Notes: generated from the sequence alone by a model not told the origin. 64,000 nt of DNA from an uncultured Candidatus Saccharibacteria bacterium (GCA_964512085.1 CAZEIU010000001.1:7647-71646), one strand, 5' to 3'; positions 9,586 through 19,067 are shown, counted from the first letter of the stretch. Translations and numbers: made by a program.

Positions 9586-11639
9586 TAAACCTCTATTACT
9601 ACAGGTAAGACAATAGGGTTTCGCTTAGTCACTTTGTAAAGCAAATTGCTAAGCTCATCGCGCATTCGTGCCTTTACTGCTGGTGAATTTGGTGGTGTTT
9701 TGGGGTTACGACGAGCAAAGATGTTTTTGACAATTGCTCTAGACTTATTCATAAGCTCTTCATTGTCTTTAACATATATAAAGCCTCTCGAGATAATGTC
9801 TGGGCTAGTTACCAACTTACCAGTTTTGCGATTCACGGTAGCAATTACCGTAAATATGCCATCGCTAGCCATCGCCAAACGATCTTTAAGCACAATCTCT
9901 TGTACATCGCCTATACCACTACCATCTATTAGCACCGAGCCAGTTTGTACGATTGGTCCTAGCTTGACCTCACCGTCTTTGGCCTCTAGTGTTTGACCGT
10001 TTTCGATTACAAACACATTCTCTGGCTTAACCACGCCGCTACGCTTGGCAATCTCGGAGTTGTGCACCATATGATGAACTTCACCGTGAATTGGTAAGTA
10101 GTATTTAGGTCGAACCAACTCTATCATTTCTTTAACTTCTTCATAGTAAGCATGCCCCGAGGTGTGCATAATACCTAAATCATCAAAATCTTTGGTGGCT
10201 TCTTGGTAAACATACGGCCCCCATCTAAAGATATCGTCTACCATACCCCATACCGATTTCTCATTACCAGGTATAATTGAGCTCGATAGCACTACTACAT
10301 CTGAAGGCTTGAGTTTTACATCTTTGTGTTCGCCCTGCCCCATCCGTACTAAGCCAGAGTTCTCTTCGCCTTGGTGTCCGGTAGTAAGTACGGCTACTTC
10401 ACCATCTTGATACTTACTAACATCGGCTGATTTTATCAAAACTCCAGGTGGAACTTTGACGTAGCCGAGCTTTACAGCTATCTCCATATTAGATATAAGA
10501 CTACGGCCAGCAAGAGCTAACTTACGTTTGGCTTTGTGGGCAGCATCAACAAACACCTGAATACGATCTACTTGTGAGGCAAAAGAACTAATGATTACTC
10601 TCTTATTGTAATTACGTACAAATATTTCGTCGAGAGTTTTAATAATTTCTTTCTCTGATGGACTATTGCCCACTTTTTCACAACTAGTGCTATCACACAT
10701 CAGCATTAACACACCTTCGTCGCCAAGCTCTTTGAGTCGAGTCTTGTTACTAGGCTTGCCCGAAAGTGGGTCGTCATCAAATCGCCAATCACCAGTATTT
10801 ACAATTGTGCCTACTGGAGTTTTTATAGCAATACTACATGCGTCTGGTATAGAGTGAGTAATTCGAATAAATTCTACCTGAAAAACTCCTAGCTGAATCT
10901 TTTCGCCAGAGTCTTGGTTGACGGTGCGAATTTCGGGCTTAAATGGTAGCTTGTATTCTTCTAGTTGTCGCTCTATAAATTTGGTAGTAAAGTTTGCAGC
11001 GTATATTGGTGCTGGTAGTTTAGGCAAAATAAAAGGTATGCCTCCTACATGATCCATGTGGGCGTGAGTTATAAGGTGAGCTCTAATTTTGTCTTTGCGT
11101 TCCTCTAAGTAGTGTGTGTCTGGAATAATATAGTCTATTCCGGGCATGTCTGGGCCAGGAAACATAAAGCCAAGGTCCATAACTATAATGTCGTTTTCGT
11201 ATTCTAACGCCATCATGTTTTTACCAATCTTATCTAGACCACCAAGCGGAATAATCTTGAGCTTACCGGCATCGGCTTTGCTCATACCTACTTTTTGCGG
11301 TTTTGGCTTAAAGCTGTTGCCGTTGCTGTTTTCATTAAAGCTTCCTTCAGAAAACACTGCTGGCCCTCGGTCGTAACGACGACGCATAGCGTGAGGGTTA
11401 CTGCCTCTGTGGCCACCACCCTGTCGATTCTTGTTATTAGCACCCTGTTTATTATTATTGTTGTAGCTTTTTTTATTGGGTTGCTGTTGATTGCTGTTAG
11501 GCTTTTGTTGCGACTGAGCACTTTTATTGGCGCTTTGATTAGTGTTTTGGTTGGCAGCTCGAGCTGGTTTGGCCTCTCTACCACTCAAGTCTTGAGCGGT
11601 TAGAGGGCGGCTATTTAATGATTTTTTGTTTGAATCCAT
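9585..11639 (-). CDS. rnj: ribonuclease J with ~130-aa N-terminal low-complexity (Q/N/K-rich) extension
   Basis: Metallo-beta-lactamase motif HAHMDHVGG, beta-CASP region and C-terminal domain characteristic of RNase J. The N-terminal NQ-rich tail is atypical. Confidence 0.85.
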   Translation of the reverse strand: MDSNKKSLNSRPLTAQDLSGREAKPARAANQNTNQSANKSAQSQQKPNSNQQQPNKKSYNNNNKQGANNKNRQGGGHRGSNPHAMRRRYDRGPAVFSEGSFNENSNGNSFKPKPQKVGMSKADAGKLKIIPLGGLDKIGKNMMALEYENDIIVMDLGFMFPGPDMPGIDYIIPDTHYLEERKDKIRAHLITHAHMDHVGGIPFILPKLPAPIYAANFTTKFIERQLEEYKLPFKPEIRTVNQDSGEKIQLGVFQVEFIRITHSIPDACSIAIKTPVGTIVNTGDWRFDDDPLSGKPSNKTRLKELGDEGVLMLMCDSTSCEKVGNSPSEKEIIKTLDEIFVRNYNKRVIISSFASQVDRIQVFVDAAHKAKRKLALAGRSLISNMEIAVKLGYVKVPPGVLIKSADVSKYQDGEVAVLTTGHQGEENSGLVRMGQGEHKDVKLKPSDVVVLSSSIIPGNEKSVWGMVDDIFRWGPYVYQEATKDFDDLGIMHTSGHAYYEEVKEMIELVRPKYYLPIHGEVHHMVHNSEIAKRSGVVKPENVFVIENGQTLEAKDGEVKLGPIVQTGSVLIDGSGIGDVQEIVLKDRLAMASDGIFTVIATVNRKTGKLVTSPDIISRGFIYVKDNEELMNKSRAIVKNIFARRNPKTPPNSPAVKARMRDELSNLLYKVTKRNPIVLPVVIEV

Positions 11640-11762
11640 CTTTTGGATTTTTCTCCTTTACTTGTGCTATTATTTAGCACTTTTAATTATTAGTTATGAC
11701 GTTTGTCATTCCAGCTATAGTCGAGTAATTTTCAACTACAATTGAAATAACAAACTTAAAGT

Positions 11763-12356
11763 TTATAGCTGTTTTAAGATAGTCGGGATCTTTGAGAAGT
11801 CTTCGAGCAATGTTTTGCGCATTCCCCCGTTATAGAGAGCTGCAGCCGGATGATAAAGTGGCAAAAAGACCAACTTAGATCTTTTATAAACTTTTCCGTG
11901 GGCTTCGCTTATCTTAAGTTCTGGCAAAAACACATTCATGCTGTGTCGGCCGAGAAAAACTATCAGTTTGGGCTGGATAATTTTGATTTGAGCCAAAAGG
12001 TACGGCAAGCACACCTCTATCTCTTTGGCATTGGGGTCTCGATTGTCGGGTGGTCTAAACTTAACGATATTCGTCACAAAAACGTCATCGCGACGCAATT
12101 CAATACTTTCAAGCATTTCGTCGAGAAACTTACCGCTAGCCCCTACAAATGGTCTACCCAGTTTGTCTTCTTGAGCACCTGGTGCTTCACCAATAAACAT
12201 CAATTGTGAATCTGGGTCTCCATCGCCCGGTACTGGGTTGAGACAACTTTTAGCGATTTCTAAACCGCAATCGCGAGAAATAATACTCTCTGCAATTTCG
12301 TCTAGTTTTTTCTGCTTTTCTTCTGTTGTCATATTCACCCCAGTGACGCCGACCAA
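11763..12356 (-). CDS. uracil-DNA glycosylase, family 4
   Basis: GEAPGAQEDKLGRPFVGASGKFLDEML motif block typical of family-4 UDG. 197 aa. Confidence 0.8.
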   Translation of the reverse strand: MVGVTGVNMTTEEKQKKLDEIAESIISRDCGLEIAKSCLNPVPGDGDPDSQLMFIGEAPGAQEDKLGRPFVGASGKFLDEMLESIELRRDDVFVTNIVKFRPPDNRDPNAKEIEVCLPYLLAQIKIIQPKLIVFLGRHSMNVFLPELKISEAHGKVYKRSKLVFLPLYHPAAALYNGGMRKTLLEDFSKIPTILKQL

Positions 12357-12384
12357 TTTTGTATCAGCGCGGCTGGAATGTCGA

Positions 12385-14526
12385 CTATTTATCAGCGAGT
12401 TTCTTAGATAAATTCAATCTACCTTTTTCGTCTATTTCAGTAAGTTTAACTCTAAATTCATCGCCCTCATGGGTAACGTCGTTAATGTTTTTAACATGTT
12501 CATCAGAGAACTGGCTAATATGCACCAGCCCTTCTTTACCTGGTAATATCTCTACAAAAGCTCCAAAATCCATCACTCTTACCACTCTACCGTTGTAGGT
12601 TTTGCCTACTTCGGCCTCGGCAGTAATAGATTCTATCCAATCTTTGGCGGCTTTGGCCTTAGCTTCGTCTTCTGAATATATCAAAACCAATCCTGAATCT
12701 TCAATATCAATTTCTACTCCAGTTTCGGCTGTGATTTTTTGTATCATCTCGCCACCTTTACCAATAACTTCTCTAATCTTTTCTGGGTTAATCGTAAGTT
12801 TGGTAATTCTTGGGGCGTATTGACTAACTTCGGCTCGGGGTTTGTCGATAATTTCTAGCATTTTACTCAAAATATGTTCTCTACCATCTTTGGCTTGAGC
12901 CAGAGCGTCCGACATAATTGAAGACGAAATGCCTTTTACTTTAATGTCCATTTGCAATGCGGTAATACCTTTTTGAGTACCAGCTACTTTAAAATCCATA
13001 TCGCCCGCAAAATCTTCGGCATCTTGAATATCGGTAAGAATGACGTATTTTTTAGGATTGTCGTGATCAATCATTAAGCCCATAGCTACACCAGACACCG
13101 GTGCGGCAATTGGCACTCCAGCATCCATTAAGCTCATGGTGCTACCACAAACCGAAGCCATAGAGGTAGAACCAGCACTACTAAGCATTTCGCTAACTAA
13201 TCTAATGGTGTATGGAAATTCTTCTACCTCTGGAATAACTGGCACGAGAGCTTTTTCGGCCAAATAGCCGTGTCCTACTTCGCGTCTACCAGTAGATCTA
13301 ACTGGTCGAGCTTCGCCAGTACTAAAGGGCGGAAAATTGTAATGATGCATGTATCGTTTGGTAGTATCTTGCTCCATGGTATCAATAAGCTGAGCATCTG
13401 ATACCGACCCAAGCGTAGTAACTGTAAGACCTTGAGTAGTACCCCGCGTAAACACTGCCGAGCCATGGGTGCGAGGCAAAATACCTACGCCACCAGATAT
13501 AGGTCGCACTTCTGTTAGTTTACGGTTGTCGGGTCGTTTACCTTCCTCTAATACTGCTCTACGAATTTCATTATCGATTAGTTTTTCAAAAGCAAATTTT
13601 AGTTCGCTGTGACTATATCGTGTTTTGTCGTCGTCTTCGACGTCTTCAGGTAGAGTACCTAGCTCGAGTAATACTTTTTCTTCAAGTTCGGCAATCGCTT
13701 CGTGTCGAGATTGTTTGTTCTCGTGGCGAATTCGCTCTCCAAGATCTTTTTGTAACAGTTCTTTTACGGCACTGTAAGCTTCTTCATTTGGAGTAAATAG
13801 TTCGTACTCCATAGTTTTTACTTGAGCTTTTTTTACTAACTCTTGCTGTAGTTTTATAACTGGTTGCCAGCTTTTAACAGCTAGTTCGAGCCCTTTTACT
13901 ACCTCGTCTTCGCTTACTTCGTGCGCAGCGGCTTCGACCATCATAATAGCGTCGCTTGTACCGGCTACCGTGAGATTGAGATCGCTATTCTCTTGTTCGC
14001 TTACAGTTGGGTTAACTACTAGTTTACCATCAATTTTGCCTATTCTAGCCGCAGCTACTGGGCCATCAAAAGGCGCGCCAGTAAGCATTAAGGCCGAACT
14101 TGCTGCAATTACGGCTATTGTATCTGGCTCGTGGCTCAAATCGGCACTTAGTACCGTAATCATTATCTGTACATCGTTTCTAAACCCTTTTGGAAACAAT
14201 GGTCTTATAGGTCTATCAATAAGTCGGCTATTTAAAATTGCCTGATCGCTAGGACGACCCTCGCGTTTCATAAATCTGCTACCAGATATTTTACCACTAG
14301 CATACATTCGCTCTTCGTAATCTATGAGTAACGGAAAGAAGTCAGAATCTGGTTTGGCTTGAGGTGCTACTACGGCAGTAGCAAGTAATACTGTATCACC
14401 ATAACGAACTGTTACGGCCCCGTCGGCCCTAAAGGCCAACAAACCTGTTTCTAATATAAGTTTTTTACCTGCAAACTCGGTTTCGAGTTTAATGTGTTTA
14501 CCCCCAAAAGGATGAACTATCTTCAT
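12385..14526 (-). CDS. pnp: polynucleotide phosphorylase (polyribonucleotide nucleotidyltransferase)
   Basis: Two RNase PH-like domains followed by KH (REVIGKGGEMIQKI) and S1 (GRVVRVMDFGAFVEI) domains; 713 aa. Positioned downstream of rpsO as in the canonical rpsO-pnp operon. Confidence 0.95.
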   Translation of the reverse strand: MKIVHPFGGKHIKLETEFAGKKLILETGLLAFRADGAVTVRYGDTVLLATAVVAPQAKPDSDFFPLLIDYEERMYASGKISGSRFMKREGRPSDQAILNSRLIDRPIRPLFPKGFRNDVQIMITVLSADLSHEPDTIAVIAASSALMLTGAPFDGPVAAARIGKIDGKLVVNPTVSEQENSDLNLTVAGTSDAIMMVEAAAHEVSEDEVVKGLELAVKSWQPVIKLQQELVKKAQVKTMEYELFTPNEEAYSAVKELLQKDLGERIRHENKQSRHEAIAELEEKVLLELGTLPEDVEDDDKTRYSHSELKFAFEKLIDNEIRRAVLEEGKRPDNRKLTEVRPISGGVGILPRTHGSAVFTRGTTQGLTVTTLGSVSDAQLIDTMEQDTTKRYMHHYNFPPFSTGEARPVRSTGRREVGHGYLAEKALVPVIPEVEEFPYTIRLVSEMLSSAGSTSMASVCGSTMSLMDAGVPIAAPVSGVAMGLMIDHDNPKKYVILTDIQDAEDFAGDMDFKVAGTQKGITALQMDIKVKGISSSIMSDALAQAKDGREHILSKMLEIIDKPRAEVSQYAPRITKLTINPEKIREVIGKGGEMIQKITAETGVEIDIEDSGLVLIYSEDEAKAKAAKDWIESITAEAEVGKTYNGRVVRVMDFGAFVEILPGKEGLVHISQFSDEHVKNINDVTHEGDEFRVKLTEIDEKGRLNLSKKLADK

Positions 14527-14585
14527 ATAAGTTTATATCTTTCTATATTTGTAACATATCATTTGATTGATAAGAGAGTTCATTG

Positions 14586-14618
14586 ATCAAATTTATTATG
14601 CTTTTATAATAATTTGAT
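14586..14618 (-). promoter_or_regulatory. AT-rich 13-14 bp hairpin in the rpsO-pnp intergenic leader (candidate RNase III/autoregulatory or attenuator structure)
   Basis: Inverted repeat ATCAAATTTATTAT / ATAATAATTTGAT separated by GCTTTT, within the 173-nt leader between rpsO stop and pnp start. Confidence 0.4.
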
Positions 14619-14699
14619 AAAACAACTCTACCACCAACCATCAATGTATATTTACATTATTCAATATTTTAACGATACATTAAATACTTTTGTAAGAAC

Positions 14700-14966
14700 T
14701 TAACGACGAAGTTTGAGTTTTTTGATAACTGCTTCGTAACGTTTAGGGTCTTTCTTGTTTAAGTAATCGAGCAAACGACGACGTTTACTTACCATAGCTA
14801 GTAGCCCTCTACGGCTATGATTGTCTTTTTTGTGCTCTTTGAGGTGACCAGTAAGTTCGTTTATTTTTTCGGTAAACAAAGCTATCTGCACTTCTGCAGA
14901 TCCGGTGTCTTTCTTGTGAAGACTATGTTTGGTTATTACTTTTTTCTTATGTGTAGTAGTTAACAT
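14700..14966 (-). CDS. rpsO: 30S ribosomal protein S15 (uS15)
   Basis: 88 aa; the [35 protein letters not shown]...KRY pattern is uS15. Confidence 0.9.
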   Translation of the reverse strand: MLTTTHKKKVITKHSLHKKDTGSAEVQIALFTEKINELTGHLKEHKKDNHSRRGLLAMVSKRRRLLDYLNKKDPKRYEAVIKKLKLRR

Positions 14967-14998
14967 ATTGCCTCCTAATACTAGCAGATTTTGTCATA

Positions 14999-15628
14999 TT
15001 AATCAAGTTTTATTGCATCTTTTAGGTTATAGTCGCCTATTTTGGTGCGTACAATTTTTGTACAATAAGCACCAGTACCTAAGTATTTACCAATATCTTC
15101 GGCCAAACTCCTTATATAAGTACCCGAGCTAACATCTGCGCTAAGAGACACTTTTGGGTATTTATAGTCTTTTAGTTCTAGATTGTAAATATTCACATTT
15201 CTAGGCTCAATAACTACTTTTTGGCCTTCGCGTGCCGATTTGTAAGCTCTTTTGCCATCTATTTTTATAGCACTATATTGTGGTGGAGTCTGTGAAATTT
15301 TACCTACAAACTTTTTTAGTGCTTCTTCTATCTGTTTTTTCGTTGGCTCAATGCTTGATACAGTAGTTTTTTCTCCTTCGACATCACCTGTAGTGCTGTT
15401 TTCGCCAAGACTAATATCAAACTCATAGGTTTTATCGAGTTTTAAAAACTCATCGCTTTTTTTTGTATATTCCTTACCCACCAAGACTATTAAAAGGCCT
15501 TCAGCTTGTGGATCGAGCGTACCGGCATGGCCAACTTTTTTAATGCCGCTAATCCGGCGCACTTGCGCCACCATACTAAAGCTACTGCGTCCTCGTGGTT
15601 TGTTTATGAGTTGTATTCCTGGTTTCAT
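14999..15628 (-). CDS. truB: tRNA pseudouridine(55) synthase TruB
   Basis: Catalytic motif HAGTLDPQAEGLL near the N-terminus; 209 aa (short TruB lacking long PUA extension). Confidence 0.85.
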   Translation of the reverse strand: MKPGIQLINKPRGRSSFSMVAQVRRISGIKKVGHAGTLDPQAEGLLIVLVGKEYTKKSDEFLKLDKTYEFDISLGENSTTGDVEGEKTTVSSIEPTKKQIEEALKKFVGKISQTPPQYSAIKIDGKRAYKSAREGQKVVIEPRNVNIYNLELKDYKYPKVSLSADVSSGTYIRSLAEDIGKYLGTGAYCTKIVRTKIGDYNLKDAIKLD

Positions 15629-15697
15629 CTACTGCTAAAATTACTATCTTTTAATAAACTTAGTAATAGCTCCAACTTTACTGGTTGGAGAATATTT

Positions 15698-16072
15698 TTA
15701 GATATCGTTTGAGCTACTATCCCACGCAAATGCCTTGGGGTCTTTTAGCTCATGATGTGTAGGTTCGACTTCTTCATCGGTAAGGCTAAGAACATGTTCT
15801 AGCTGTTCAAATGGGACTTCATCGCGATGAAAAGCCAGATAGTGCACGCAAAGAGAGTTTGTTTTGGTAGTAAGGCCACAAACGAAGTGATCATAATTAT
15901 CACTGGGCACACCACATTTACAAAAATGTACACCACGAAAGGCGTACTCACTAGGTATAGAGTCGCGCCAAGCGGCGGCCATACGGCGTGTGTAGATATC
16001 AATAACAGGTTCCGCCGATGCATCACCTGTTGGTTCTATCATCAATACACAGTTCGAGCTTAGATCGATCAT
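15698..16072 (-). CDS. small Cys/His-rich hypothetical protein (possible zinc-binding)
   Basis: 124 aa with the motif ...DHFVCGLTTKTNSLCVHYLAFHRDE. Codon/GC usage noticeably GC-richer than neighbours. Confidence 0.45.
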   Translation of the reverse strand: MIDLSSNCVLMIEPTGDASAEPVIDIYTRRMAAAWRDSIPSEYAFRGVHFCKCGVPSDNYDHFVCGLTTKTNSLCVHYLAFHRDEVPFEQLEHVLSLTDEEVEPTHHELKDPKAFAWDSSSNDI

Positions 16073-16224
16073 CTAGCTTCACTCCCTCTCTTGAAGTTAC
16101 AATTACCACAGGCAGTGGCAAATCAACTATATAATACCACTTTATTGAATATTATTCAAGATATTTGAGTACTAAAAAGATTTTATTTCGCCGTCTAAAA
16201 ACCGGCCTTTAAAATTGCCAATGG

Positions 16225-17253
16225 CTATTTTTCCGGGCGTGGATTTTTGAACTTTTTTAGGCTCTTCTTATCCTCGAATTCTTTGGCTTCGCTACTAGTT
16301 TCGTCTTCTAAAACTTCTTGTTTGATTATTTCTTGAGATTTATTCTCTACCAAACCTTCTTGCGAAAGCTCGATGCCTTGTTTTTTGAGTTTTTCGGCTA
16401 CTGTCTCGGTTTTTTGAGAGTTTTTTTCAAAAACATTAGCTTTGGGCTTATTTATCTCTCTCTTGTTTGTGTGGTTTTGCGAGTTGTTGTTGTGAGTAAA
16501 TAATGTTTGCACTATCTCTTGTTGCTTAGCACCGGCGCTCATCATTTGAGCAGCAATAGTTAAACTTTTGGCAGTTGTATTAGGTCCGGTAAACCCTTGT
16601 GTGGCACCCATTATACCGGCTAGCAATGCCGTAGCCACATGGTAGTCAATCATACCTTGAGCAACTGATTCAATAACACCCACAAGCATTTCACAAACAC
16701 TACCGGCTTGAGATTCTACATAATTTACGCTTCCATACAGCTCATTGCTTCGGTGAGAGTCGATATTAATAAGATGTAATCCATCGAAAATAGTTGGGTT
16801 TTCTTCTAAGATTGAGTCGATTTTTGATATTTGGCTTACACCAAGAACAATCACCAAGTCAAACTTATAAGCTCCATAGTCAAAAGTTGCATCATCGGCA
16901 GTAAAGTTACCAGCAAATGGCGAAACTATAACTTCTAAGTTGTCTTCATTTACCTCATAACGTAATTTATCTACTTCTACCTTGCTAGTGTCGAGGCGAA
17001 CAATAAAATCACGTATGCCTGTTAGATCGCGGCTAATAACTTTGGTATCGAGTATCTTAGCTACTTTGGGTAGCTCTCCTGTAGCAATGGCACTTACATT
17101 TTTGCCAGCCCGTTTAAGTATTAACTCTAAAGCGACCATGGCACTTAGCTGGTCGTTATTTAGCTGCTTACCACTTACTAGTAAGATGTGGCTGGCTTGC
17201 TTTATTAGCTCTACAGCTTGTTGTTTTGGGGTTAATTCTTGGTTCATTGGCAA
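16225..17253 (-). CDS. DHH-family phosphoesterase (NrnA-like) with K/E-rich C-terminal tail
   Basis: DHH motif region (LINIDSHRSNELYGS) and a DHHA1-like C-terminal part (GGGHVATALLAGIMGAT), followed by a ~70-aa lysine/glutamate-rich tail. Confidence 0.75.
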   Translation of the reverse strand: MPMNQELTPKQQAVELIKQASHILLVSGKQLNNDQLSAMVALELILKRAGKNVSAIATGELPKVAKILDTKVISRDLTGIRDFIVRLDTSKVEVDKLRYEVNEDNLEVIVSPFAGNFTADDATFDYGAYKFDLVIVLGVSQISKIDSILEENPTIFDGLHLINIDSHRSNELYGSVNYVESQAGSVCEMLVGVIESVAQGMIDYHVATALLAGIMGATQGFTGPNTTAKSLTIAAQMMSAGAKQQEIVQTLFTHNNNSQNHTNKREINKPKANVFEKNSQKTETVAEKLKKQGIELSQEGLVENKSQEIIKQEVLEDETSSEAKEFEDKKSLKKFKNPRPEK

Positions 17254-17391
17254 AAATTTATTATCAATGCAGTATTATACCAAAACAAAACGCTTATGTC
17301 AATACTATGTAGTACTTACCAAAACCTACAATAGTAATAAACTTTGGTAAATCCCCCACTGCCATTTAGGCAGTGAGAGAATATGTATTTG

Positions 17392-17464
17392 TGCCCCCGG
17401 TGGGATTCGAACCCACGATCTTCGGATTAAAAGTCCGCTGCCTTGCCTACTTGGCTACAGGGGC
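17392..17464 (-). tRNA. tRNA-Lys (anticodon UUU)
   Basis: Reverse complement folds as a cloverleaf: GCCCCTG acceptor stem, anticodon loop CTTTTAA (UUU), T-arm GTGGGTTCGAATCCCAC, discriminator A. CCA not encoded. Confidence 0.9.
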
Positions 17465-17509
17465 GAGTGCTCGTTTATAAGCCACGAGCTAGGCTAGTAT
17501 TAAATGAAA

Positions 17510-17881
17510 TTAGATGGTATCGTTATCGTGATTTCTTAGCATTACAGAGCCCGACCATAGCATCAGCCCAAAGCCCAGAATCATGCACAAAATCGCACCA
17601 ATCCAATTGTTAAGAGTTATGAGCACGTATGCTGCCGTCCATCCAAAGGCCGCAGAAACCATCAGCGCACTACCAAGTATTTCGTTGGAGCTACTGTGGT
17701 AGTAGTCATAAAAACCAAACACAAGCAATCCGATGAACAGAATTGAAATTCCGATCAAACAGACTATTGCAGCCATACTATCAGTAATATTCACATCGTT
17801 GGCAAAACTGCTATCAGCAGCTAGACCAACCGAAAAAATTAGTACAACAGTACCTGCAACAAACAATACGAATGACCGCAC
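17510..17881 (-). CDS. hypothetical integral membrane protein
   Basis: 123 aa, four hydrophobic segments; no motif. Confidence 0.45.
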   Translation of the reverse strand: MRSFVLFVAGTVVLIFSVGLAADSSFANDVNITDSMAAIVCLIGISILFIGLLVFGFYDYYHSSSNEILGSALMVSAAFGWTAAYVLITLNNWIGAILCMILGFGLMLWSGSVMLRNHDNDTI

Positions 17882-18027
17882 TTGGGTCTCCTGGGTGCTG
17901 GCGACAACCTGATGTTGTCACCCCACCAAAAAACATAGTTTCAAATATATTCTTTGGTAGGGGCTCAAAAAAACTTGAGCCAATAGGAATTTGGAGGCAT
18001 TCCTACAGCCTTGTTAAATGTTAAAAA

Positions 18028-18531
18028 TTAGCTAGTCAAAATTTTTGCATCTTGCCAGGAAAGATCGTCCCAGCTAGCATCAAAGTTACCCACAAAGGTA
18101 GGCTTATGCCACTCCCAGACAACATCGAACTCGTCGTCTTTGGCAAGCGCCTTGAGTCTAGCAAATGCAAACTCAGTAGCTACATCAACATTATCTTTTG
18201 GAGTAAAATGAAAAATTCTTAAAACCTTATCTCGCGTATCGGGCTCGCAATGTGCAGAGAAATTTATTACTTCATCTACAATGCGCCCTTGGGTATCAAA
18301 ACGAATACTCATACTCCAACTTGAGTACCAGCCATCCCACGTAACCTCTACCCTCATAAACTCTGGGTAGTCATCAGGAATCCCTAGCGTCTCAAGGTAA
18401 TTGTCTATTGAGATATCTTCGGGTATGCCAACACTGTCTCGCAAGACTTCAATGAACTTTTCGAACATTTCATCTCCTCCGTTCAAGGTGCGATTCGGGA
18501 AATCTTCCCAACAAAAACTTTCGAATACCAT
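18028..18531 (-). CDS. hypothetical acidic, Trp-rich protein
   Basis: 167-aa ORF, W/D/E-rich, no TM segment and no motif recognised. Confidence 0.45.
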   Translation of the reverse strand: MVFESFCWEDFPNRTLNGGDEMFEKFIEVLRDSVGIPEDISIDNYLETLGIPDDYPEFMRVEVTWDGWYSSWSMSIRFDTQGRIVDEVINFSAHCEPDTRDKVLRIFHFTPKDNVDVATEFAFARLKALAKDDEFDVVWEWHKPTFVGNFDASWDDLSWQDAKILTS

Positions 18532-18597
18532 TTTTATTCAAACTTTTTTGTTGAGATCCTTAAGGACCTCAAATAATGAGGCCCCTAAGGGGTTTTG

Positions 18598-18940
18598 TGG
18601 AGCTGGGGGGAATCGAACCCCCGTCCAGCCTTACAGAAAAATTACATCGCTACGACCATTCCCAATATTTGAGTTCTCAGCTACTCCAGCCTGGGTGGCT
18701 TGCTGAATCGTCTTTCCGAATCGTCAACCCAACTTTCTGGGTAAGTCAGCGGTCTTTGCCAGCTGTCACCTCCACTTCTGTTGCCAGGCTGTGGTAGATG
18801 GCCCCGAATCTTCGCACTCAGTGCGATTTTCGAACAACTTTGGGTTTTAGGCCGCGGTTGTTGGGGTGCCCCGTTTTACGAGTCTGAGCAACTCGGGTCG
18901 CAATATAGCTTCTGCAAGGATGTCGATACCGATCAGCCCC
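18598..18940 (-). ncRNA. ssrA: tmRNA (transfer-messenger RNA)
   Basis: Minus-strand 5' end GGGGCUGAUCGG pairs with 3' end CAGCUCCA, giving a 7-bp acceptor stem with G3:U70. T-arm GGACGGGGGUUCGAUUCCCCC immediately precedes the 3' end. ~343 nt, CCA not encoded. Internal tag frame not confidently assigned. Confidence 0.85.
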
Positions 18941-18974
18941 AATAAGTATTTTTAATCAAAAATACTTATTGGGG
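18937..18974. repeat. perfect 17-bp inverted repeat (CCCCAATAAGTATTTTT-aatc-AAAAATACTTATTGGGG) overlapping the tmRNA 5' end
   Basis: Read directly; one arm supplies the GGGG that starts mature tmRNA. Candidate operator, processing hairpin or element boundary. Confidence 0.6.
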
Positions 18975-19067
18975 CTCACCATGCACGATTCTCTACACAA
19001 TATTTTAAGGGTACTTATCGGTTTTACCCAACCAAAAACTACTTTGCACAGAGTAGACTTTGGTCGG

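Noticed and set aside
17465-18597. Classical island integrated into the 3' end of tmRNA or tRNA-Lys
   Set aside because: No direct repeat of the tmRNA 3' end (GGGGGTTCGATTCCCCCCAGCTCCA) or of the tRNA-Lys 3' end was seen in the expected place, and no integrase gene is present. The anomalous DNA lies at the tmRNA 5' side instead.
18576-18797. 73-aa plus-strand ORF
   Set aside because: Entirely antisense within the tmRNA gene; artefact of the structured RNA.
18598-18940. Assigning the tmRNA tag peptide
   Set aside because: Several candidate frames exist (e.g. ...GKDR*, ...KLG*, ...VIFL*), but none gives a canonical ANDxxYALAA-like tag at the expected distance after PK1. Left unassigned rather than guessed.
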